In this document: piece after piece, positions 10,180 through 21,553 of the stretch
How the letters are laid out: the number at the start of each line of letters is the position of its first letter
Numbering within the stretch: position 1 is the first letter of the stretch
NCBI GenBank assembly: GCA_024626585.2
Contig: JANKJI020000004.1
Location: 180,244,316 to 180,266,994 of the forward strand
DNA length: 22,679 nt
Reading direction: 5' to 3'
DNA from: Ginkgo biloba
Taxonomy: Eukaryota; Plantae; Ginkgophyta
Translations under genes and position numbers: made by a program
Notes under the pieces: generated by a model
The model's input: the letters and a program-made list of their open reading frames with translations, nothing else
Database searches by the model: none
What the model was told of the DNA's origin: nothing

Positions 10180-12733
10180 ATAAACCCATTTCTAGGCACT
10201 TATTGCTCAGAAAAAAGGCATTGCCAGCAAAGTACAAAATTGTAGAATTCTTTGGTTGCAGGAGATATTTACACTTTTTGTGGGCCACAGCCAAAGAACA
10301 ACTTTTGCTTCTGTAGGAATAACTTTGCCCTACTTCACTGAGCTGATTATGGACCGAAAAAGTAGCTGAAATTGACTGTAGAATCCGTTGCACTTTCTCT
10401 TGCAGTTCTGATTTTGAGAATAGAATGCCGTCCTTCACTTCTGCTGAGATGTATTCACTAGTTATGTCTTTGCCTTAGCATAGAAAATCTCCAAATTGCA
10501 AAACAACCTCAAGTGAGGCCCAATGACTTCTTCTAAATATTGTTTCCAACAACAAATGCAGTTATACTCAACTGTTCTCTAGCAGCCTGCAACATATAGA
10601 TGCATATGCTTTACCCTGTGCAAAAAGAATGTTTCCTACCCTTTGAGAGCCCAGTAACTTCTTCAAAAGTAACTATACCCTCAAAATAAGTTAAACAAGG
10701 ATGAATTTCGAGCTGCTGCTGCAAATCGTTGCATATACTTAGAGAGTATACCCCAACAACTTTCTCTAAAGTGATAGATTTGTTGTATATTCTTCTTGAG
10801 GCTGCTTCTTTCTGTTCCCAAAGCAACGTTTTGCTCCTCTACAGCTNNNNNNNNNNGAATATGAATGTATATTAATAGCACCTTCTACTGCATTTATATG
10901 CCTGTAGGCCAAGATTTTGAGGACTCCAACTGATCTTCATTGAAGGCAAATTGCCTTTGCTTCTAAAGAGTCATTTTGCCTCCTTAGACAAATTTCTTCC
11001 CCATACAGGTGGAAGGGGTTTCACACAATGTCAACAAAGTTAACATTACTATCTCTTCTACAATCTACACAAAATCCTGTCTCCTATTCAATCATTATCA
11101 AATGCAAACACATCAGAAAGATGCATAGAGGCAAAGTCCTACAGTAATGCATTACAGTCAGACGAAACCACAAAAAGCATCTCTCACCTGCGATCTGTGA
11201 CCAAGGNNNNNNNNNNNNNNNNNNNNNNNNNNNNNNNNNNNNNNNNNNNNNNNNNNNNNNNNNNNNNNNNNNNNNNNNNNNNNNNNNNNNNNNNNNNNNN
11301 NNNNNNNNNNNNNNNNNNNNNNNNNNNNNNNNNNNNNNNNNNNNNNNNNNNNNNNNNNNNNNNNNNNNNNNNNNNNNNNNNNNNNNNNNNNNNNNNNNNN
11401 NNNNNNNNNNNNNNNNNNNNNNNNNNNNNNNNNNNNNNNNNNNNNNNNNNNNNNNNNNNNNNNNNNNNNNNNNNNNNNNNNNNNNNNNNNNNNNNNNNNN
11501 NNNNNNNNNNNNNNNNNNNNNNNNNNNNNNNNNNNNNNNNNNNNNNNNNNNNNNNNNNNNNNNNNNNNNNNNNNNNNNNNNNNNNNNNNNNNNNNNNNNN
11601 NNNNNNNNNNNNNNNNNNNNNNNNNNNNNNNNNNNNNNNNNNNNNNNNNNNNNNNNNNNNNNNNNNNNNNNNNNNNNNNNNNNNNNNNNNNNNNNNNNNN
11701 NNNNNNNNNNNNNNNNNNNNNNNNNNNNNNNNNNNNNNNNNNNNNNNNNNNNNNNNNNNNNNNNNNNNNNNNNNNNNNNNNNNNNNNNNNNNNNNNNNNN
11801 NNNNNNNNNNNNNNNNNNNNNNNNNNNNNNNNNNNNNNNNNNNNNNNNNNNNNNNNNNNNNNNNNNNNNNNNNNNNNNNNNNNNNNNNNNNNNNNNNNNN
11901 NNNNNNNNNNNNNNNNNNNNNNNNNNNNNNNNNNNNNNNNNNNNNNNNNNNNNNNNNNNNNNNNNNNNNNNNNNNNNNNNNATCTTGATCTAGTCAATGT
12001 TTTCCCCACTAGGATGTATAGTATTTTCCCTAAGGATCGGTTTCCTATCTGTTGCTTATTGTTGGGTGGGTTAGTTGAAGCACTTGGATTCAATGTAAAA
12101 ACTAATCAGATTGATTGAATGGGCAATAATAGTTGTTTTCGATTCAGAACTATTATATGTAATACATAAAGTAGATGGGTTGGCTTTGGTTAGGGGTTCA
12201 CCTTATTGTTGTAATTCCTTGATGCATAGAACAACTTAGAATGTTCATTTAATTGATCAGTAACATATAAGTCTATAGCAGTATATATGATTCACTAGTT
12301 TTTTACTCAATGGAAAGAACCTCAAAGGCTTTGCAAAGAACTGATGATTGCTTTTCTGTTTTGAACACTTGGCTAAACTTTTCCCCACTACTAGGCAAAC
12401 CCAATTGGGAGTTGAACCATGGTTTTTGCATGGATGGCACCCACTTCAAGCTATTGTGCCATGGCTCATTGGACAGAGAACTGAAGATCATTATTGTATG
12501 CTATGTTCTATATGTAGGCTTATGTTTAATATTTAAGTTTGTAATTATATTATCTTGCATTTAATAGTTGTAAATCGAGAAAATTGCCATGTCAATGAGA
12601 TCATGCCATCAGAAACCTTTTGGAAGTTCATGCCAAAGGCAAACTACGATTCTAGAAATATAGAGAGAGAGAGAGAATTCTTTTTTCAAAACACCACATA
12701 CTTTTTCTATATTAAAACACCACATAATTTTAA

Positions 12734-13602
12734 TGATGTAGGGATATGAAGCCAATAAGCAGGAGCAAAGTGAATTCTGACAACAATTTGGGGCTTTCCA
12801 TCTACCAAGATTTATGCTTTGAGATATCCTATATGTGCATCAAGGGACCCATGATCTAGTCTCTATAAAACTCTACGAAACAATAGGAGATAGAGGTATG
12901 GAGATCCTCATCATTAAAAAACTTTCAATCAATTGAATCAGACTCAGAAATTTTACAGGCATTCGTACAGCCCGAGATCTACATGTACTAAAATTCCAGG
13001 TCCTAACTCTGTACGAATGTCAAGAAAAGATTGTTTCTTTGCTCATGGAAACCCTCTTTAAGGAGGTGCATCCCTGCTTGCATGGGCAGATATACTCTAA
13101 TGCCAAGTTTTGTCTCTGGCCAACATGTAGATCTGAAAGTATTATTCAGGGTGCTTGTACATATCGAATCACTTGAATGAAGCGATTCCACAATAACATC
13201 AAGAGAAAGAGAAAGACATACAATGATTGAAAATCCAAAAGGTACAAGCCCAAATGATGAACAAAGGAGCATGGAGGAAGCTCTCTCCAAGATTTCAGAA
13301 ATTAAACCTCTAAATTTCCAATTCTGAAAAGCAAAACCCTAATCTAGGTTTATAAAGGGAATTGACAATAACCCTGCTGTGATTAACAAGCTCTAATGTG
13401 ACCAATGTTTAATTTCACTTATTAAGCCTAATTAATTCTAACTAATGCTAATTAAATTTTAATTCACTAAAATGAATTAGTGTGAACCAAGTGCACCCAA
13501 TGGCCTTGGTTACACACTTTACAATAAAATTCATGAGTAATTAGACAAAATATTGAATGTGCCATGAAACAGAATAAGCATGTGGTGGAGGATGACACAT
13601 CA
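12734..13602 (-). mobile_element. Probable LTR of a gypsy-like element (boundaries tentative)
   Basis: TGATGT (12734) and ACATCA (13602) form inverted termini. On the minus strand a TATA-like ctttataaa is followed by ttagggttt (plus-strand aaaccctaa 13334-13342), and a short purine-rich tract (agcgaggaa) precedes the minus-strand TG. No TSD at these ends. An alternative left end at 12220 (tgatgc) gives a 6-bp attcct flanking repeat. Confidence 0.4.
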
Positions 13603-13785
13603 ATTCCTCGCTACTTAGGTCGCAAAGGACCCCATTGTACATAACGCGAACTGTGAAAGAGGCACTCAAACTGTACCTAAGAGAACCATTTGGCTTGATG
13701 CAAGAGTTGACACTTCTTGCCTTCAAGATAGGATGTAGTGGAATTGATGTGAGTGGCTCTTTTGTATGAGAGTATCATGCTAGAG

Positions 13786-14720
13786 TGTTCGCTGAAAATT
13801 TGATGCAATCAGCCCCTTATTAAGCGCTCTGTCAGCAATTTTATCGGCGAACTCCCTTTGAGTCCCGTCGAAGCTCTCAACTCCGTTCTTTGCCAAAAAA
13901 CATGACGTGTCGGTCAATCATTGCACCAAAACCTATCGCCAGCTACCTCTAGGATCTCAGCAGACAAACTCGCCAGTCGTCGTCGACGAATTACACTGGG
14001 CATATACAGTCTATCATCGTCGTTCTTTTAATGGGTGCTTCCTCGACACACCCAATGACATCACATATCAAACACAATCAATCACACACTTCCACACGAA
14101 GATGGAAAGAAACATACTATGAATATTTTATGAAATTTAAACTTATAATCGTTACATGTTGGCCCACCGGCTTATTTAACAAGATTTACATATAGACGTT
14201 TCCCACTAGGTTTTAGTTTACAAACTACAATGTGTTCGCTTCGACAAATTCAATCAAACTAATACGTATTTGGCCCCTAGAGCCAATATAATTGCGCGAT
14301 ACTATTTGTGTTTACCCGTTGTTGCCTCTTTGTTGGTGATCTACACTTCTTACTTGTTTCTTATCTTCTAACTTTTGCTACCTCAGTCGGCGATTCTACC
14401 AATTATCCTCTTGAGCGAATGCTGCCTCACAGTCGGTGATCTACAATCCTCATTTTGATGCATGGTCCTCTCAACCTCTTCGTCCTTGCTTCCTTCTCCC
14501 AGGTTGCCTCTTAGTCAGCGGTCTACCTATGTACCCTTCTCTCTATCTCAATTCTTACCTTTCTCTAGAACTGCCTCATGATCGGCAAACTGATTCGAAG
14601 TACATGTTTCTCCACACGTTTCTCTACTTCCTCCTTCTCACTCTTGCTCTTCGTCTTCTCCTTCTTCTCCTCTCTTCTTATGATTACGCACTTATAGGTG
14701 CTTTCAAATTTTGGGCGCCA
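13786..14720 (-). mobile_element. Probable (solo) LTR, relatively CpG-rich, nested in older repeat DNA
   Basis: TG...CA ends with an imperfect inverted repeat (tgttcgctgaaaattttga / tcaaattttgggcgcca). On the minus strand the order is purine-rich U3 with repeated motif, TATA-like ctatatgtaaa (14195-14185), AT-rich polyA-like region, then GT-rich tract. No clean TSD. Confidence 0.5.
14322..14594 (-). promoter_or_regulatory. Array of five spaced ~23-bp repeats (YTGCCTCnnaGTCGGYGATCTAC) carrying DRE/CRT cores (RCCGAC on the minus strand)
   Basis: Units at 14322-14344, 14378-14399, 14422-14444, 14504-14526 and 14571-14594. Units 2 and 3 contain gtcggc/gtcggt; units 1 and 4 have CpG-transition variants gttggt/gtcagc. 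The repeat is seen directly; regulatory function is inferred. Confidence 0.5.
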
Positions 14721-16159
14721 ATGTTCCTACTCAACGTTCTGGTTGGTGAATTGCATTAAGGCTCCCCAACGTCTATTGCCATTAAGACACTGCAACGGAC
14801 ATATTCCCCTTGGCATGGCCTCTTTCTTTGGCTCTAATGTGGATCTTCCTTTTTGAGTATTTGTCCACATGCATGAGAAGACGTAAAGATCCCCTTTAGG
14901 ATCCGCAACAGTTAATGCCAATTATTGCTTAAGACCGAGGATGCTCTGAGGTGCGTTTGCATTTTGACTGCTCACGTGTCATCCAACTAGTCTCCTCGGG
15001 TCTTGCATCCACTTGCTCTTGTTCATCAAACTCCAAGAGGTCTAAAACCTCNNNNNNNNNNNNNNNNNNNNNNNNNNNNNNNNNNNNNNNNNNNNNNNNN
15101 NNNNNNNNNNNNNNNNNNNNNNNNNNNNNNNNNNNNNNNNNNNNNNNNNNNGATGCACTTCTATCCTTTCTCAATTTCTATGCATTATTTCACAGCATAA
15201 ATTCTTGCGACTTGTTGTAGATGGTCAATGGGCTTCCAAAAGCCTCAAAAATAGGATTTGACCACTACAATGAAGCCACCCTTGCTCAGAAATTGGCTAT
15301 GAGTTGTTTCTCTCGATAGATATGTGCAGAAACACTCCACAAAGTAAATTGCTCAGCCTCCAACATGCAGAAATAAGATAGTGCCTATACCCAACGACTT
15401 CCACCAAGAGCATGCTTCAGCCACTATGACACAATTACATAGTTAGAACTAATTCACCTTCTCCAGAGCAGAATGATGATGATAAAAGATGATCTCTACG
15501 CCAAGTATCACCTTTATAAATACAGTAGGAGAGGCACAAACCCCCTCCCCACTTAATTCCTAACTTGTCCTTGGAGCTCGCCCATACTCCAAGAGTCCCT
15601 CAATGGTTAACTTTGTGGTTGAAATCACATTCTACGTGGATGCACCCTTAATTGGCACACCTCCGTAGGTAATCTCTTGCTACCTTTATTCCTGAAAATA
15701 AACTCTTGTAGAGTGTTGATCAATAAATGTAAAATGCACAATCTTGCCAAACAAAGATACCTTTGGTTCTAATCTAGTTAACAAGGCATTATTAACCTAA
15801 CTTTTCTAGGTGGTAATAATCAACTGCTATAATTATATCTTAAGATTAAAACACTCCAACATAAAAGTCTTATAGTCTAGTTCATTAGGCAAACTAGCAC
15901 TAGGTAAAAAATTGATGCTATGCTCAAACAGTTGGGGTGGTGGAAGCCCTTTAGTGCCTAAAATACATATGATGAAAACAATTGTGGCATATTCAATGGA
16001 TGCTCATGTACCCTAAAAGCCTATAGGCTAGATAAACAATTTGCTCCTCGTACCTTTGGATATATCAACAATATTGTGAAATGTTATGCAGTGTTAAAAA
16101 GATTTTTAGCTTGCTCCCTAGTGACCAAGTCAATGGTGCCTACTAAAGAATGCAAACTA

Positions 16160-17256
16160 TAATACCTCCCATTTTACATCAAGTGGTAAGCATTAAAGAG
16201 AATACATCTTGGATAAAGAGGCAGTGATTTATACCAACCACAAGCCTCTCTAATTTTTGCATATTTAGTCAAAGTTATAGAAATCAAGGCATGCTAAGTG
16301 ATTGTCCTACCTATAACAGTTCAATATTATCATCAAGTACAAGAAGGGGGTGACAAATAACATAGTTGGTTTATTTTTTTTACCTCCTAAGTCCACTCCT
16401 CTCATAGTGGTTATGCAATTGTGACATTTTTCTTTAGAGTATTTTCACATCTAGTATGAAGGAGATGGATATTTTAATTCAATTATGGAAGCATTACAGC
16501 AAGGGGAGTAGAAACCATGCATTCCACAAGGAGAGTGTTGAGTTGTCTTCATGAGAAAAACCCATACTTTCAAAGTAGTGGGACATTTTAAAGTTGGAAA
16601 GACTCTTTCTAATTTACAAAGGTATGTGTATTGGCCACATATGCAAGTTGACATTGCTAGATTCATTAAGGGATGTGTTCTTTGTAGTACCTCTAAACCT
16701 GCTAATTAGAAACTAGGTCTATATACACCAATATCACTTCTAAGATGGTTATGTAAGAGCATCTACATGGCCTTTCTTGAAATATTGCCAAAGACATGAC
16801 AAGGCCATGATTATTTGTTTATGGTAGTGAAAATATTTAGTAAGATGACAATGTTGATTCCCTTTAATAATATCATCACTGGCCAAGAGAAAACTAAGTT
16901 GTTCTTTCAGTATGTAGGGGTTCATTTTGGGCTTCCAAAGTCCATAATTTTAGACCAATACAATCAATTCCTAAGTCATTTTTGGACCATGTTATTGGGA
17001 ATGATGGATACCAAGTTAAAGAGGAGTACTACCTTTCATCCTCAAACATGTGGGTAGACTAATGTTGTCAATATAACTCTTATTCATTTGCTTATATGAT
17101 ACAACTGAAGTATCTGAAGACTTGGAATGAGAGTCTTCCTTATATTCAACATTGTTATAATTAGGTGGTTCATAGTTCGAGCAACAAGTTCTCATTTGAA
17201 ACTCATTTGGGTTTCTTATCCCAAACTCCTTTTGATGTTTCACTTGGAAAATATAT
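16160..17256 (+). pseudogene. Ty3/gypsy pol remnant: RNase H C-terminus, integrase Zn-binding and rve core (chromovirus-like)
   Basis: KH*REYILDKEAVIYTNHKPL*FL...KSRHAK*LSYL*QFNIIIKYKKGVTN (cf. HWR.YL....VI.TDHKPL...RHAKW..YLQQF...IKYKKG..N); GHFKVGKTLSNLQRYVYWPHMQVDIARFIKGCVLC; FGLPKSIILDQYNQFLSHFW...KRSTTFHPQTCG*TNVVN (cf. ST.FHPQTDGQTEVVN). Many stops. Confidence 0.93.
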
Positions 17257-18289
17257 NNNNNNNNNNNNNNNNNNNNNNNNNNNNNNNNNNNNNNNNNNNN
17301 NNNNNNNNNNNNNNNNNNNNNNNNNNNNNNNNNNNNNNNNNNNNNNNNNNNNNNNNTGATGAATAACTAGTATCATCAAGACAAAACTCATATCTATTTA
17401 TATTGTAGGAGAGCCACCTAACCCCACACAAGATCCTAACCACCCTTGAATCTTCTGGTAACTTCAAGAGGCCCTTAGGGGTTATCTCGGTAGCTGCCAC
17501 TACCCTCAAAAAGGAAACACCCTTAACTAACACACTTCCCTAAGTAACTTCTTGTTTCCTTTCTCTCTCATAATGACCCTTTNNNNNNNNNNNNNNNNNN
17601 NNNNNNNNNNNNNNNNNNNNNNNNCAAGGAAACCTTTGGGTTTGATGCAATTAACGGTGTAACCTTCCTTGAGTTGGTTAACGAAGTAACCTGATTTTTC
17701 TAGGTTGTAACAACTAAGTAGAAGAGGGCTATGGAAACCTTCATGTATTGAACCTCATGTAACACTTTGATATAGGTAGACAAGTTATCTCACTAGTGTC
17801 TTGCACAAATCTCCTGAGTCCTCGCAAAAATATCAAGGAACAAATTGCAATTAATTTGGAGGGCACCTCATTGCTTGAATTTGCTGCTTTGGCTACCATT
17901 GTGTGTTAACAATTTCTAAAGAAAGGAACTGACTTTGCCACCGAGCAATGGCTGTAGCAAGGAAATGTGAACAGAACAGAAACGGAGATGACCTGCTTGT
18001 ATGCAGTAAAACGTGCATACGAAGCTGACCTTATGTACGAAATCGGTTACTTGTGTGTTATCGAGTAATATACTATGTTGTTAATAATATTGTGAACTTG
18101 CAATAAGCCATGTTAAGTCATGCAAAGGTTATGTCGCTAACAATGTTATGTAAGTTGCGCACAATGTAAGCAATGATTAATAGAGGTAAGTTGGTGAAGA
18201 GTTGGGCATAAGGGATGTGTCCCTGCCCATGACATATAAAATTTTGCACAAGTTCACCATTTTGCAAAGCTTGGGAGGGAGATAGTTAT

Positions 18290-18837
18290 GGAAATGTCCA
18301 TGGACTATAGAAGCATTAAGGCTTTGAGGTACTAGCATGACCTTGGTCTTGTCAAATTCAGAGAGAAGTGAGAAGCGACCTTCTCAGAGGAATAAAGAGA
18401 AAAAAAAGAGTACCTTTCATGTCTAGAGGCAAAATCACCTAAAGCTTGAAGTCTATGAAAGTAGGAGGTAACTCTAAATATACACTCAAGACGTAGAGGG
18501 TGGGCTCCAAACTTAGCCTAAATATTACACTAGGGGATGGTTTGCTTGTAATGAATAAGACGTTGAAGGATGATAGTCTACAATCTCTCCACGCGGGCCC
18601 ACTTAGGTTGACGAAGAATAGTCCCCCAAACCTCTGAACCGTAGAGAGCCATGGGTGTAATGATGGTGTCAAACAGTTTCATCTTGGATGGGATGTCTTG
18701 AAAATGAAGTTGGAAACACTGTTGCTCGAGCAATGCCAATGAAGCATATCCTTTGCAAAGGTAAGCTTGGGACGTAGGTTTCAAACTAAAAGAAGAACTG
18801 GTGAGTTGGACTCCTAAGTAAGTATAGGAAGTGGTAA
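18290..18837 (-). pseudogene. Non-LTR retrotransposon RT C-terminal fragment, RTE/RTEX-like (not L1-like)
   Basis: SYTYLGVQL...KMKLFDTIITPMALYGSEVWG...WARVERL*TIILQRLI...I*AKFG. The YLG and LFD..I.P..LYGSEVWG motifs are typical of the region after the RT thumb in RTE/RTEX/CR1-group LINEs. Truncated by a 100-N gap. Confidence 0.8.
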
Positions 18838-19760
18838 NNNNNNNNNNNNNNNNNNNNNNNNNNNNNNNNNNNNNNNNNNNNNNNNNNNNNNNNNNNNNNN
18901 NNNNNNNNNNNNNNNNNNNNNNNNNNNNNNNNNNNNNAGACCCATGTGGAACCATAATGTCTATGATGGTGAATTGACATGGATCTACCATCATAGTAAT
19001 AGTGGACCATATCAGCCCACCATAATTAGGTTATGGATGGATTTCAAATTTTATGTAATAGTAGAAATATTATGGATGGATCCTTATTTTTTTATATAAT
19101 AGTTTATATATAAATATATATCGATATATACATATTGATTATTATTCTATAAAGTCATTATTCTATTAATATTTGACCATAAAAAGGTCAATTATTTTTA
19201 ATCAGAAAAATGGTAATATATTAAATTGGTAAAATCATAAAATAGGCACTTTAACAACCTTTAGAATTAAGTTATTACAAGGATTCCCTTCTCTAATTTA
19301 TTTAGAGAGATAGGAGTATGTATATCAACCTAGCTGATACAATGGGAACTATTTATAGACAAATTATGTGTCATAATCTAAAAGAAAGTAATTTGCAGAA
19401 TAACCAAAATCCTAAAGGCCAAAGATCCCTTCAGGAAGAAGCCAACCCCGAAACCCTGAATGGAGCTCCTCTAGATATTTGTTCGTTGTTGTCACCGTCA
19501 TACTGCCAAGTAACCACCATAGAACAATGAAGTTAGCATCTAGTGATCCAAAATGGTTCCAAGCACATAGAGGTAGGGATGCGCTGCAGAGCAACAAAAC
19601 CACACCAGATGAGCCACCACACAAAATTGAAAGATGATTACCAGACCCCAAACCAGAGATGGAGAAAAAGGGCAACATTGCCACTCTTGACAGCTGAAGT
19701 TACCACCACAGTCGGACCAAGTCTTTTTCCATCCCATAGGCCGAAGTCGAAGGGCTAAGT

Positions 19761-20635
19761 AAAACTGAATCATGAAGAGGAAATCAACAAAAGTAAGGCA
19801 GCCATTATTACTGCCATCCTACCTAGTAACAAAGGAGGTAGAGATTGGCTCCAAGTGAACAACCCCACACTCATGAGCCCTCCACAATCAATCAGATTAA
19901 AAATATATCCAAATGAAGGAGGCACAAAACCCTTGAACGAGCCACCACAGAACGAACAAAGCCTCCAAATTGATGAAGGCCAAAAACCCTTAAATGGGTA
20001 AAACAATCAACTCCAACCAAATACCCGCATAGCTACGAACTTGCAATGGTTGCCTCAGCTATAGTGGTTGACTTGACAACACTGTGAATCCCTGTCGGGT
20101 TGATTTGGGCTACAAGTAGAGNNNNNNNNNNNNNNNNNNNNNNNNNNNNNNNNNNNNNNNNNNNNNNNNNNNNNNNNNNNNNNNNNNNNNNNNNNNNNNN
20201 NNNNNNNNNNNNNNNNNNNNNTCAAAAATAACCTCTAAATAAAAGAGGCATAAAACCCTTGAACGTGATTAGAGGTCTGAATAAAATTGAATCATGAAGA
20301 TAATGTCAACAAAGGTAGGGTCACCGTTGTTACTTCCATACTATTTGGTAACAAAGGAGGTATAGATAGGCTCTAAGAAAATATCCCCACACTCGTGAGC
20401 CCTCCACTATTAATAAAAAAATTCTCTTTATTGAAGGAAGCATAAAACCCTTAAACAAGCCACCATAGAAACAATAAAGCCTCTAAATTAACAAAGGCCC
20501 AAAACCCTTAAATGAGTAATACAATTGAAAATAAAGAACCTCCAAACTTATGGAATCCTAAACCCTTAAATGGGCCATATTATTAACTNNNNNNNNNNGG
20601 AGTTCAAACCACAAACCTGCATAACTACAAACTTG
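19761..20635. repeat. Two diverged ~280-350-bp direct repeats (19761-20043 and 20283-20635), each containing 57-58-bp subrepeats with an aaaacccttRaa core
   Basis: Shared blocks tgaatcatgaaga, gtaacaaaggaggta, cacactcRtgagccctccac and agccaccaYagaa. Cores at 19926/19983 (spacing 57), 20252, and 20444/20501/20559 (spacing 57, 58). Confidence 0.85.
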
Positions 20636-21228
20636 AAGTGCTCGCTTAACAAAGAGGTTGCTTCTTCTAAAAAAAATTATAAATCCCTAATGGCTCATTT
20701 TAGGTTGTAAGAAGGGAAAATTTTTAAAAAACCTAGCATCCTTGCTTAAGCCACCCAGACATTGGAGCAACGACAAAAAGAGGCCACCATGGAGCTGAAG
20801 AGGGCGAAGGAAAGGAGATCACATAGGGTTGAACAGAGCTTTCCTAGAAAGCGTTTTCTAAGTACCAGGTATGGCATAAGCCTATGCTAACACCACAGCT
20901 ACTGGGAGAGACAAGGGGGCAAGGGAAGAAGAGGCCCTACGTTAGAAAGCTCAAAAATTAAAGCTGCGAACACCATCTCCTCCGCCGGGCGAACCACAGC
21001 AAAGCCCCAATTAGATCTATTACACTGTTGTTGCCAATTGGATCGATTAATATATTATGATTGCAACTATTCTTATGCAGTGCATAAGCAACATTGCATA
21101 AGATCTGGTACAACCAAATTGTACAATGTTGGGAAAGTAGGTCAACCACCATAAGCATAAAATGGTATACAATTAAGCAAACTTTTAAGGAATTCCCAAA
21201 CTTGAAATTGAATGATGGAGACCATTTT

Positions 21229-21553
21229 TGTAAGAACTGAATATTAAAATTGATCTAATATCAAATTATAAACAAGCATAAACAACACAACAAATTCTGG
21301 TACAATTGGTCCACCATGACCTTCATTCATTACTCATTCGATAATGTACAAGACCCGGTACACATATATATACAACTCTAAAAATGTAACGGTCCTTTGT
21401 GGACTTGCCACTTGTCCTATAACTCTCGACACATGTCATCCTAAGGACTGACCCTAAGACGACTCACCCTTTTAATAATTTAATATTACAATAAATACAA
21501 AGGATCCTAAGACATTAGGTTATGAACCTAATTTGTAAACATTAATTCTAAAA
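21229..21553 (-). repeat. Copia 3' LTR (325 bp)
   Basis: Begins immediately after the PPT with T(T)TTAGAA (TG mutated to TT; the related LTR at 824 has TGTTAGAA) and ends TTCTTACA, an imperfect terminal inverted repeat. Candidate TSD half is atttt at 21224-21228. Confidence 0.75.

Noticed and set aside
11182-11206. CAG|GTGAGA donor as the end of the CCR-like penultimate exon
   Set aside because: In the required phase it encodes ..LVTDR(R), which does not resemble the expected FPEYPVHR-like sequence.
14322-14594. CRISPR-like repeat-spacer array
   Set aside because: Repeats are degenerate, spacers uneven (22-59 nt) and low-complexity, there are no cas genes, and the context is a plant LTR.
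14706-14724. Minus-strand ACA-T-TGGCGCCCAA as an LTR end plus tRNA primer-binding site
   Set aside because: The match stops after ~9-10 nt, the upstream sequence does not look like or duplicate an LTR, and the motif is equally explained as the terminal inverted repeat of the 13786-14720 LTR. Left unresolved and not annotated.
14436-14759. 107-aa Leu-rich 'membrane protein' ORF
   Set aside because: By-product of CT-rich LTR sequence; GTG start, no motif.
21071-21103. Small palindrome/hairpin (cttatgca-g-tgcataag; tcttatgcagtg...cattgcataaga)
   Set aside because: Too short for a miRNA precursor, AT-rich, and with no Helitron CTRR end or other context.
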